DNA of 64,000 bases from Acidobacteriota bacterium (GTDB taxonomy: Bacteria > Acidobacteriota > UBA6911 > RPQK01 > JADFOI01), in the NCBI GenBank assembly GCA_963663035.1, contig OY760074.1, forward strand, positions 2,720,001-2,784,000, written 5' to 3'. Under the pieces are notes generated by a model. That model did no database searches. It was not told the DNA's origin and saw nothing but the letters and a program-made list of their open reading frames with translations. Position numbers and translations under genes: made by a program. Shown here one piece after another: positions 45,644 to 54,750 of the stretch (its first letter is position 1; the number at the start of each line of letters is the position of its first letter).

Positions 45644-47125
45644 ATGCCGACGGCAAGAACAAGCGAGAGCCACCCACTCCGCATCACGGCGATGAACCTA
45701 GGCGAGGGCCGAGGCCGGATCGGCTTCTCGCAGTGCCCCGGCAGGATCGATCACTGCGCAATATCCGGTCCCTGGAGACGGGATCTCGACACCGATCTCG
45801 ACGCGATTCTGCACTGGGGCACGACTGCGGTGCTCAGCCTAGTCAGCCACGAAGAGCTCGCCTATCTGAAGGTGTCCGATCTCCCGAATGCGGTCCGAGA
45901 CCGGCACATGGAGTGGTGGCATGCGCCGATTCCCGACGGAGAGGCGCCGGAACGGGACTTTGAGGACGCCTGGAAGGCCACCGGTGAGTCCATCCGGAAC
46001 CGGCTGCGGCTCGGCTTCGATGTGCTGCTCCACTGCCGGGGCGGTCTGGGACGCGCCGGGACCATCACGGCCCGCCTGCTGGTGGAGTTGGGCGCACAAC
46101 CGGACGATGCGGTCCGCCGCGTGCGCGACGCCCACGAAGGGACCATCGAGAACGAGTCCCAGCTGGCCCACGTGAGGCAGTGTGAGGCACAACCACCATC
46201 GGTTCCATCCCGGACCGGCGCCGCCACCAACGACCGGGCGCTCGGGGCCTTTCTCGGTCTGGCGGTGGGCGACGCGGTCGGCACGACGCTCGAATTCTGC
46301 TCCCGCGATACGCAGCCGCGTCTAGAAGACATGGTCGGTGGCGGCCCCTTCGATCTGCCGGTCGGTGCCTGGACCGACGACACGGCCATGGCGCTGGCCC
46401 TCGCCGACAGCCTGGCGGAATCCAAGACGCTCGACTGCCGGGATCTGATGGACCGTTTCGTGAAGTGGTGGCGGGACGGAGACTACTCGTGCACCGGAGA
46501 GTGCTTCGACATCGGAAACACGACCCGAGAAGCGCTTGAGCGGTACCTGCAGACGGGTGACCCGGTCGCGGGGTCGACCGATGCCCAGAGCGCAGGCAAT
46601 GGCTCGCTGATGCGGCTCGCCCCCGTCGCTCTCCGGTTCTGGCGCGACCAGCCGCGCCTGATAGCAGCAGCAGCCGACCAGTCCCGGACAACCCACGGAG
46701 CCGAGGAAGCGGTGGACGCCTGCCGGACGTTCGGCGAGCTCCTGGCGGACGCCATCATCGGGTCACCGTTCTCGGACGTTCTGGCTCCGAGACGGTTCAC
46801 GGGAGCGGCGGCAATCGCTCAGATCATAGCCGGTGGCTGGCGAGGACGGACACGGGATACGATCCGCTCCAGCGGGTACGTCGTTCACACGCTTGAAGCC
46901 GCCCTCTGGTCAGTCGCCCGCACCGGAGACTTCCGCGGTGCGGTGCTGCTCGCGGCCAACCTGGCCGACGACGCCGATACAGTAGCAGCAGTAACGGGGC
47001 AGCTCGCCGGCGCCCTCTACGGCCTGAGCGGCATCCCTGACCATTGGCTGGAACGCGTTGCCTGGAAGGATCGACTCCTGGCAGCGGCGTGGCGGTTGCT
47101 GTCGGCACCCCTTGCCAACCGGTAG
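45644..47125 (+). CDS. Dual-specificity phosphatase (CDKN3-like) fused to ADP-ribosylglycohydrolase
   Basis: CPG, PIPDG, HCRGGLGR P-loop; GLAVGDAVG, WTDDT, DIGNT, GNGSLMR, DADT. Confidence 0.92.
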   Translation: MPTARTSESHPLRITAMNLGEGRGRIGFSQCPGRIDHCAISGPWRRDLDTDLDAILHWGTTAVLSLVSHEELAYLKVSDLPNAVRDRHMEWWHAPIPDGEAPERDFEDAWKATGESIRNRLRLGFDVLLHCRGGLGRAGTITARLLVELGAQPDDAVRRVRDAHEGTIENESQLAHVRQCEAQPPSVPSRTGAATNDRALGAFLGLAVGDAVGTTLEFCSRDTQPRLEDMVGGGPFDLPVGAWTDDTAMALALADSLAESKTLDCRDLMDRFVKWWRDGDYSCTGECFDIGNTTREALERYLQTGDPVAGSTDAQSAGNGSLMRLAPVALRFWRDQPRLIAAAADQSRTTHGAEEAVDACRTFGELLADAIIGSPFSDVLAPRRFTGAAAIAQIIAGGWRGRTRDTIRSSGYVVHTLEAALWSVARTGDFRGAVLLAANLADDADTVAAVTGQLAGALYGLSGIPDHWLERVAWKDRLLAAAWRLLSAPLANR

Positions 47126-47283
47126 AAGTCGGGTGGGTAGCCGAAGCACGGCGACTAGTCTCCGGCCTGCGTACGCGCGCGCGACGCGCTACTAAGGTGC
47201 CGAAAGGCAAGCGGTCCTGGCCTGACCCCTTAAAGCCGTTGTGTTCACAAAGGCAGCATCGCCAACACCGTAGCGTGCTGACC

Positions 47284-47312
47284 TTGACACCGACCGAGAT
47301 GAGTAGTATATA
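47284..47312 (+). promoter_or_regulatory. Sigma70-like promoter, probably giving a leaderless mRNA
   Basis: TTGACA-N17-TATATA ending 6 bp before ATG 47319; no RBS. Confidence 0.6.
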
Positions 47313-47318
47313 GTACAT

Positions 47319-47672
47319 ATGACACGTTTTGGTGCTGTCCTCCGGGTCCGGCGGGAACGCCTGCGCTTGACCGACCGGCGCTTCTCCCTGCGTCAGGTGG
47401 CCTCGCGCGTTGGCATCGAACCAGCCTATCTGAGCAAGATCGAGCGGGGCGATGTGGCCCCGCCTTCGGAGGCCACGACTGCCCGGCTGGCGCAGGAACT
47501 GGGCGAGGATCCGGACGTGCTTCTAGCCTTGGCCGGAAAGGTCTCGAGCGATCTTCAGGACATCATCCGGAAACGGCCCCGGCTGTTCGCTGAATTGATC
47601 CGGCAACTGAAGAAAGCTCCCGACAACGCCATCCTCCGCGTGGTGCGTGAGGTGCGGGACGGGGACTGGTGA
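47319..47672 (+). CDS. XRE-family HTH transcriptional regulator
   Basis: SLRQVASRVGIEPAYLSKIERG, LLALAGKV. Confidence 0.9.
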   Translation: MTRFGAVLRVRRERLRLTDRRFSLRQVASRVGIEPAYLSKIERGDVAPPSEATTARLAQELGEDPDVLLALAGKVSSDLQDIIRKRPRLFAELIRQLKKAPDNAILRVVREVRDGDW

Positions 47673-47702
47673 GAACCAACGCGACAAGGAGAAACCGATT
47701 TT

Positions 47703-48719
47703 ATGATCGTTCTGGATAACGACAGCTTGGTGTTCCAATTCCCGGACGTGCACGACGACGCACGCTGCGCAATCGACTTCCAGCGCACGCTACGCATCCC
47801 CGATGACGGCCAGGACTACCCGCTGCCGCCGGGCCTGGGCCGCTTGCCGTTGCGGCATCTCGACGACTACGCGCAGCGCTTGCAGGGGGAATGGCACAGC
47901 CGAGGCGGGGTGATCGCCCCCATGCACCAGGCCGAGGCGATGTGGATTCACTTCGCCGCCTTCCGTTATCCCTTCGCAGTGAAGATCGCGACCGGCAAGA
48001 TTTGTGCTCTCACCGGTGACCAGTGGGTCAACCATCTGAACAGCGATCCGCAGGACTATGCCGTACTGCCCGAGCAGCCCTGGCTCGACGGATATTGTGT
48101 GGAGAGAGGTGTCATACGCCAGTTTGTCGCCATGCCCTTGGGCGACGGTTACACGGCCGAGGAACAGATGACCGGAGTAGGCCAGCACGGCGGCGTTCAG
48201 ATTGTCGTCTATCCGATGAAACTGGAACGATACCGGCAATTGGCTGCTCGCGAGTCCGATCCGATGTACGAGCTCGACGCGCCTCTTGACGTTGCCTACT
48301 GCCTGGAGGCGCCGATGGGGCTGGCCCCGGGCGGCCGCATGCGGCAGGAAATCTATGACGATCCTCACGGCCTGGACGCCTGGGACCAGCGGCATGCCAG
48401 CCGCTGCTTCGTCACCATCGCGAATTCGATGCAATGGGTGGAGATCACGGGGGAACGGCCGCCGACAGTCCCGCCGGCGGCGAAGCAGTACACAACAGCG
48501 GGTCTTCCGTGGTTCAACTGGTATGGCGGCGACGCTGCAGCCGTAGCCGGAGCAGAGAAGCTCAAGCCGCTTGCCAGCGTGGCGCAAATGGGCAAGACAA
48601 AGGGCGAGAGACCGCTCCCAGAAAACGAAGGCTTCGAAGTGACTAACGTTGTTGAGCCTCGAGCCAGCAGCGCCACGCGTGTGCGGGAGTTTGGTTCCGG
48701 CGCGACCGTGGATTCATAA
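47703..48719 (+). CDS. Conserved uncharacterised protein (FQRTLRIPD family)
   Basis: RBS aaggag; motifs FQRTLRIPDDG..YPLPPGLG, EAMW, QPWLDG, RQFVAMPLG.GY..E.Q, MGLAPGG..RQ.IY.D, GLPWF. Confidence 0.75.
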   Translation: MIVLDNDSLVFQFPDVHDDARCAIDFQRTLRIPDDGQDYPLPPGLGRLPLRHLDDYAQRLQGEWHSRGGVIAPMHQAEAMWIHFAAFRYPFAVKIATGKICALTGDQWVNHLNSDPQDYAVLPEQPWLDGYCVERGVIRQFVAMPLGDGYTAEEQMTGVGQHGGVQIVVYPMKLERYRQLAARESDPMYELDAPLDVAYCLEAPMGLAPGGRMRQEIYDDPHGLDAWDQRHASRCFVTIANSMQWVEITGERPPTVPPAAKQYTTAGLPWFNWYGGDAAAVAGAEKLKPLASVAQMGKTKGERPLPENEGFEVTNVVEPRASSATRVREFGSGATVDS

Positions 48720-49811
48720 ACATATGTTGCCGCCCTTGATGGTGGCCGGGATGTTGGAGGAGGAGGCGATTCTTGGATGCTCTGAAAAGACCGTGGCCCG
48801 CCTGGCCGCGCAGAAGCGCATCCAGAAGGTAATGCCCCCGAATCCTGGGCGCAGGTCGAAGCCGATTTATAACGCAGATGACATTGAAAGAAGCGTCCGC
48901 ATACAGCGGTTTGCCGCGCGCTTCGCGGCGGCGGCGAATCACCGAAGGCACAATGAAAGCGTTCAAGGACGGCGGATGGAGAATCCGCCGCACCGACCTA
49001 GACAACCTGTAAAGGAGCAGACACGATGCGTTTACCAGAAGAAGCTAATCGGTGGAGGAGCGACGGACGGACAATCGAACTCGACTTGAGCGACCTGTCC
49101 ATAAACCAGCTCGGCGAGCTGGACGGCGTTGAGGGGGACGGTACGGATCAGACACTACGTTTTTGCGAATGGCTCCGTTCAAACGGTTGGACGGTTATCA
49201 CGGAGCATCGAGGACCCATGCGGATAGGAGGACGGGCGGGACACCAGGATAAGTCTGTTGCCGCGTTCGAGCTAATGCTCCTCGATGAGTTTATGCATTC
49301 ACACTGCCTGTATTAGCAGGTCGGGGCTGATTCATTCCGGACAGTGCTCTAACATCGTACCCGCCACCAGCGGGCGAATATCGCTGGGAGGGAACGCGGC
49401 TTCTACGAGCGTTCCTTCCCCCGCCGCTACCAGCTCCGCGCCATCATCCGCCCTCAACGCTTCCAGGATGCTCACAGGCTCCAAGTCCATTTCCTGATCG
49501 GGACGTGCAATCGAATAGTCGATCGTGTGCCGGACCAACTCGGACTCATACACGGCGGAGTTTGCAAAGCTAACCCTCACCGGCACTCTCACAAACTCGT
49601 TTCCCGTCAAACCACGCGATCAATACAGAGGATTCCATGCGTTCGGGACATCCGGGGCGGCGGGATGCAGTGGCAACAGCGGGACCGCCGACAACGGCTC
49701 GGGACCGTTGTACCCGTCGGGCCTCCCGTCCGTCCGACAGCTTACGATAATAACCGAATCTGTGCGCGGGTCCGCTTCGAGTACATCCCCGGGGAGGAAT
49801 TAAAGGGGGAA

Positions 49812-50864
49812 TTATTTGGGTGGGAATAGGCCAACATCTATCATTAACTGATCGTCCCTAGTCTTGAGCCATTCCCGAGTGGCCTCAAATCGCCTTTTGG
49901 CTAAAGTGCGTTTTGAAGGAGGGGTGCTAGTTCCACCTTTGACGTGGATGATTTCGCCTGTGGTGATGCTCCTAGCATCCCCCGGGTGGTTTTCCTCGTG
50001 AGATCCGAGCACTAGAGCACGGTTCAGGGAGTAACTCCCGGTAACCCATATGCCCTCGCTATCTGGCCCGGCGATCCTCTTCCCGAAGTTCTGCGCGCGC
50101 TGAATCGCGGCTTCTTCGCTGTCGAAGTACGTCCTGTCCCTAGCCTCTCGGGGCCGACGTTCATCCTCCGTCTCACCTTCGGCGCGGAGGAACATTGGGC
50201 AGGACAGTCGATCTGCCGCGGCCAAGCGGTCTCCCACCCATTCCAGGAGAAGGGCACGCGGGTCTGTGCTCGCCGACTCTCCCTGCCGCTCCCGCGCCAT
50301 GATCGACTGTGCTTTCACCCAGCTTCTGGCGCTTTCCGGGTTTCGGTCGTGGGCAGCCAGCACCGCGTCCTTGAGTGAACCGTGCCGGTATCGGACCTCT
50401 GACGACCACGGCACCTCTGACATGAGGCCGACGAGGAACCCCGCCATGAGGGAGTAGCGGACGGCGACACCTTCTTCCCGCGCCGTGCGCGCCTCGTTCA
50501 AGACGGCGAGCATCTGTAGAAACCCGGCCGCCCAATCGGGACCGCTCTTGTCGGGTGAAGGTTCGTCCGGCAGGTGATTCGGCCTCAGTCTGGCTGCAAC
50601 CGTCCGCTGGAGCCGGCCAACTTGGTCTAGGTCCAGCTTCTCGGCGGCATCGGAGATGTCATCGAAGAGGGCCTCCGACTTGATCCCCGGCAGGCAACCG
50701 GAAAACGCGAGTCCACCCGCCACCCCGAGGTGGAACATCCCCGACCGTTGGGCGTCGTGCACATCCGGACCTTCGGCAGGAGGCCGTTCCAGCCAAAAGA
50801 GGGCTTCCTCCAGCACGTTCAGGATCTTCCCGTACACGGATCCTAACCGTTCGTCACAGTCCAT
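49812..50864 (-). CDS. Hypothetical protein
   Basis: 350-aa ORF, no motif recognised. Confidence 0.5.
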   Translation of the reverse strand: MDCDERLGSVYGKILNVLEEALFWLERPPAEGPDVHDAQRSGMFHLGVAGGLAFSGCLPGIKSEALFDDISDAAEKLDLDQVGRLQRTVAARLRPNHLPDEPSPDKSGPDWAAGFLQMLAVLNEARTAREEGVAVRYSLMAGFLVGLMSEVPWSSEVRYRHGSLKDAVLAAHDRNPESARSWVKAQSIMARERQGESASTDPRALLLEWVGDRLAAADRLSCPMFLRAEGETEDERRPREARDRTYFDSEEAAIQRAQNFGKRIAGPDSEGIWVTGSYSLNRALVLGSHEENHPGDARSITTGEIIHVKGGTSTPPSKRTLAKRRFEATREWLKTRDDQLMIDVGLFPPK

Positions 50865-51276
50865 CCCGAGACTCCTTTGCCGCCCTTACGCCGGGGCCGT
50901 TGCCTCCGTCTTGCCAGCGCAGATCCTCCCTTGCTCCGTTAGCGGCCATATCGCACAGAACAATCGACCGGACCGCACCGATTCCCGGACAGCCATCCAG
51001 CATTTCCTCTTCGATTCTACCATCCGTGGATGGCAAAAAACACGGCCCCTGGAGTCGATCAATGGCTACCGGAAGCTTCGAGATAGGTCCCTATCTGGCC
51101 AACAAAAAGCATGGCGGTACTATTACTATGATGATGGGGGCGGGCCTAACGTGAAAGCAGAGATAGTAGTCTAATGTGGAAGGCGAGCCGACCGGCATTG
51201 GGCCCAGCGGCTGGGTTGACCATTTGCAGTAGCCCCTGAAGATGCCCTGGTCACTGGACAGGAAACCCAAAGTACT

Positions 51277-51864
51277 TCACACCACCCTACCGCCGCCGGG
51301 CTGCACCTCGACCTCGGAACGGAAGAGATGGGCCTTGGCGGCTCCGAATGTGATCTGTTCCAGCCGCCGCGAAGCGGCCACTTCCTTCTCCAATAGCTCA
51401 GCGAACAACTGAGGGAGGCGGCTGTGGCCAAATGAGGCTGCGGCCACGGCGAAGTCCAGGCCGCTGTTGTGCGTAAAGAACCGCCCCGGCAGAAACTCCC
51501 CCTTGCCAATGACAAGACCGTAGCGGAGGTACGGGTACACCTGCTTGTGGCGAGTCGCTTTAGCGCTGTACGTCAGCACGTCGTGAGTGGAAAGGCCCTG
51601 CTTGAACTCCATGACCACCCGCGGGATCTTGACGGGCTCACTCCCAACCGTCTCGAAAACGCATAGATCGGTTTCGAATGCCGATTGCCCCCTCTTCGGA
51701 GCGTGGGGTTCTACCGTCACCTTCAGCCGGTTGTTCACCGTCACCCGGTACAACAGCGCCTTGCCGCGCTCGATACTCAGCGGTGGCCCGATCACCTTCC
51801 TGGCCGAGGCCAAGGCGACCTCAACAAATTCATTCTCCCGGTTCATACGTGTACTCGCCATCAA
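51277..51864 (-). CDS. PD-(D/E)xK nuclease-like protein
   Basis: FETDLCVFE...PRVVMEFK, THDVLTYSAKA..HK..YPYLRYG. Confidence 0.65.
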   Translation of the reverse strand: MMASTRMNRENEFVEVALASARKVIGPPLSIERGKALLYRVTVNNRLKVTVEPHAPKRGQSAFETDLCVFETVGSEPVKIPRVVMEFKQGLSTHDVLTYSAKATRHKQVYPYLRYGLVIGKGEFLPGRFFTHNSGLDFAVAAASFGHSRLPQLFAELLEKEVAASRRLEQITFGAAKAHLFRSEVEVQPGGGRVV

Positions 51865-51932
51865 AAAGGGAGATTCTATCTTTAATCAGTCTGTGCCAAC
51901 AACGGCCCTTTTCCCCTCGCATTATCTTACTT

Positions 51933-51962
51933 CTGTCCAGTTGATGCATGCCTCAACTGGAC
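51933..51962. promoter_or_regulatory. Inverted-repeat site B
   Basis: ctgtccagttga-tgcatgcc-tcaactggac. Confidence 0.6.
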
Positions 51963-52118
51963 GCCTTCCTAAAACGCACATCCTCTTCATCGAGACCTCC
52001 TGTTCCATCGTGCCAGAAAGCCCTACTATGCAATGGTGTCTTTTTAGGGGAAGCTTACGATTACTCCCGGCCTTCTAGCCGCCCCAATCATTTACTGTTG
52101 TCGTGAAGGCAGCATCAG

Positions 52119-52170
52119 GACGGTTTACAAGTCGTCTATTAGACGGTAATGTGAAAAGCAAATGGACGGT
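52119..52170 (+). repeat. Three gacggt direct repeats with 23-bp period upstream of the AAA gene
   Basis: Units at 52119, 52142, 52165. Confidence 0.65.
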
Positions 52171-52179
52171 AATAAATCC

Positions 52180-53409
52180 ATGTTCCCACGTTTACTGGCT
52201 CCAGCCATCCGAGAAGCATTAACCGATACGCCGGTGGTCTGCGTGCTAGGGCCCCGGCAAACGGGCAAGACCACACTCGTTCAGCAATTGGCACCAGATC
52301 GTGCCTATATCAGCCTGGATGAGGCGAACTATCATCGAACGGCTGTTGAGGATCCCGAGGGCTTTATCGCAAGCCTGCCCGATACTGTCACCCTAGACGA
52401 GGTCCAACGGGCTCCAGCGTTGCTTCTCGCCATCAAACGCGCCGTGGATCGGGATCGCCGCCCCGGCCGTTTTCTGCTGACTGGATCGGCCAATCTATTG
52501 TTCTTACCGAAAGTCACCGAATCTCTGGCGGGACGCATGGAGATCGTGCAGTTGCAGCCGCTCACGGAAGCGGAGAAGGAGCGCAAGCCTGGCCGGTTCC
52601 TAAGCGCTCTGCTGGAAGGTTCCCTCAAGCCCAGTATCAGGGGTCGAACCGGTGGGGTCGAACCGGGACTGTCTGAAAGACTGGTGGCGGGCGGCTATCC
52701 CGAACCTCTCGGGCGCTCGCCCCACCGGGCACGGCAATGGCACCGGCAATATCTGCGCGGCATCGTCGAGCGTGACGTTCAGGACGTTGCAAGGGTGAAA
52801 GATGTTCATGAACTGGCCCGCCTCCTGGAATTGCTTGCCCTGCGGAGCGCGCAGTTGTTGAATGCAAGCGGTCTTGCAAACGACCTTGGCTTACACCGGG
52901 AGACCGTCTCCCACTACCTGGCTGTGCTTGAACGGCTCTTCCTGGTGAGACGCCTGCCCGCCTGGCACCGCAACACCACCAAACGGCTTGTCAAATCGCC
53001 CAAAGCGCATTTGCTCGACAGCGGGCTCGGGGCGGCCCTCGCCGATCTGACATCTACCGACTGGCTCGACCGGCGGGATCGCATGGGATATCTGCTGGAG
53101 TCTTTTGTGGTTCAGCAGTTGATCGCCCAGGCGGCCTGGACGGATGCGGCCCTGCGTTTCTGGCATTACCGTGACAAGGATCAGGTCGAGGTAGATATTG
53201 TCATGACGCGGGGCCGGAAGGTCTGGGGTATCGAAGTCAAGGCCGCCGCATCGTTGACGCGCCGGGACGGGCAAGGGCTGGCGCGTCTGTCAGATCGCTG
53301 CGGCAAGGATTTCGAGGGCGGTATCCTGCTCTATGCCGGGTTGGATTGCTTGCCCTTGGGTGGGAAACGTATGCTCGCCGTGCCGCTTAATGAACTATGG
53401 ACGCGATAG
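52180..53409 (+). CDS. AAA_14 ATPase with C-terminal DUF4143 nuclease-like domain
   Basis: GPRQTGKTT, LDEVQR, LTGSA, ESLAGR, GGYP, KSPK..LLDSGL, EVDIV, IEVK. Confidence 0.92.
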   Translation: MFPRLLAPAIREALTDTPVVCVLGPRQTGKTTLVQQLAPDRAYISLDEANYHRTAVEDPEGFIASLPDTVTLDEVQRAPALLLAIKRAVDRDRRPGRFLLTGSANLLFLPKVTESLAGRMEIVQLQPLTEAEKERKPGRFLSALLEGSLKPSIRGRTGGVEPGLSERLVAGGYPEPLGRSPHRARQWHRQYLRGIVERDVQDVARVKDVHELARLLELLALRSAQLLNASGLANDLGLHRETVSHYLAVLERLFLVRRLPAWHRNTTKRLVKSPKAHLLDSGLGAALADLTSTDWLDRRDRMGYLLESFVVQQLIAQAAWTDAALRFWHYRDKDQVEVDIVMTRGRKVWGIEVKAAASLTRRDGQGLARLSDRCGKDFEGGILLYAGLDCLPLGGKRMLAVPLNELWTR

Positions 53410-53502
53410 GCCGCTGTGGCAACCTTCTATGCAAAGATATCGAGGCCTGAAATGACCAAGGGAACGCAACCGGCCGGATCTTTATACCCCCAGGAAGAGG
53501 AG

Positions 53503-54132
53503 ATGAATATTCGACGCACGAACAGGAACTCACACGAATCCGTACGCTATCGAGCAACGATCGCGGCGAGTTCCCTGAAAATCGTCGAGAGCCGAACCAT
53601 CGCAGATCTGTTGTTGCGGGGTGTTGGCGCCCACGAATGGCGCACGGAACTGGTGGAGAAAAATGTTCTCCAGATCCAAAGTCCAGAGACCGCCACGCGG
53701 TGGGGCCAACTGCTCCGTGCCCGCCTTGAATTAATGAAGCCCACGCTTTGGGAAATGGTCCGTGATGGTTCAGTCCCGCTTGCAACGCACGCCTGCCTCG
53801 CTGCTGCCGTGAAACATAGCCCCCTGCTCGGCGACTTTCTGGATATAGCAGTGCGCGAGCAGTACCGGCTATTCCGGCCGGGCCTCTCCAAGCGCATTTG
53901 GGAGCATTTCATCGAGGATTGTTGCAACCGTGACCCGGGGATGCCGGACTGGAGCGAATCGACAGTAGCGCGCTTGCGTTCGACTGTCTTCGCGATCCTC
54001 GCGCAGGCCGGCTACGTCGAGAACACACGCACCCTCAAGTTGCAAACGGTTCATGTTGCCAGGGAAGTGCTGAACTACTTGCACGAGGAGAACGAAAAGT
54101 ACGTGCTCCGCTGCATTAAGGTTCGACCATGA
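53503..54132 (+). CDS. brxA: BREX protein BrxA (DUF1819)
   Basis: SLKIVESR.IA.LLL, NVLQ, LLGDFL, WSEST; first gene of the brx operon. Confidence 0.9.
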   Translation: MNIRRTNRNSHESVRYRATIAASSLKIVESRTIADLLLRGVGAHEWRTELVEKNVLQIQSPETATRWGQLLRARLELMKPTLWEMVRDGSVPLATHACLAAAVKHSPLLGDFLDIAVREQYRLFRPGLSKRIWEHFIEDCCNRDPGMPDWSESTVARLRSTVFAILAQAGYVENTRTLKLQTVHVAREVLNYLHEENEKYVLRCIKVRP

Positions 54133-54737
54133 GTGACCTGCTGACCCAGCGGCTCAACCAGATCCTTCCGAAGCTCACATCGGACGATTTTATTAAAGCC
54201 CGTGGCATTGGCAATGAGATTGCCTTTTATATCTTCGATTATGCGCCGGAGGATGAGCTGCGCATCCGCGAACACATCCGGTTCCTCCTGGATCACCTGC
54301 CGAAGAATAGGCCCGGTCTTCGGGTGACCCACGTCAACCTCTTTGATTTCCTGATCCATTACCTCAAGGAGCGCAACCTATTGGAGCAGTCGTTCCGGTT
54401 GCAGCGCGAGAAGGGCAACGACGCGCTTCTGAAGGCATTAAAGGGCGTCCTGCATGAGGGAAAGATCGCCCGGCGTTTTGCCGGCACCGCAAAGCCGGGG
54501 GAGCATGACCTCGTGTTGATATCCGGGATCGGCAGTGTTTATCCATTACTGCGATCGCATACCTTGCTCAGCAATTTGCACGCCATCATGGGACAGACGC
54601 CCCTGGTCATGTTCTATCCCGGCAGATATGACACGCAGACATTACGGCTCTTTGGCAAGACCGGCCTGACCGGTGGTTCCGCCGGGGAAGGCAAGAAGCA
54701 AACAAATTACTATCGGGCCTTTAGACTGATTGATTAA
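54129..54737 (+). CDS. brxB: BREX protein BrxB (DUF1788)
   Basis: GNEIAFYIFDY, GIGSVYPLLRSH, PLVMFYPG.Y, NYYRAF. Confidence 0.95.
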   Translation: MSDLLTQRLNQILPKLTSDDFIKARGIGNEIAFYIFDYAPEDELRIREHIRFLLDHLPKNRPGLRVTHVNLFDFLIHYLKERNLLEQSFRLQREKGNDALLKALKGVLHEGKIARRFAGTAKPGEHDLVLISGIGSVYPLLRSHTLLSNLHAIMGQTPLVMFYPGRYDTQTLRLFGKTGLTGGSAGEGKKQTNYYRAFRLID

Positions 54738-54750
54738 AGCGAGAACCACA

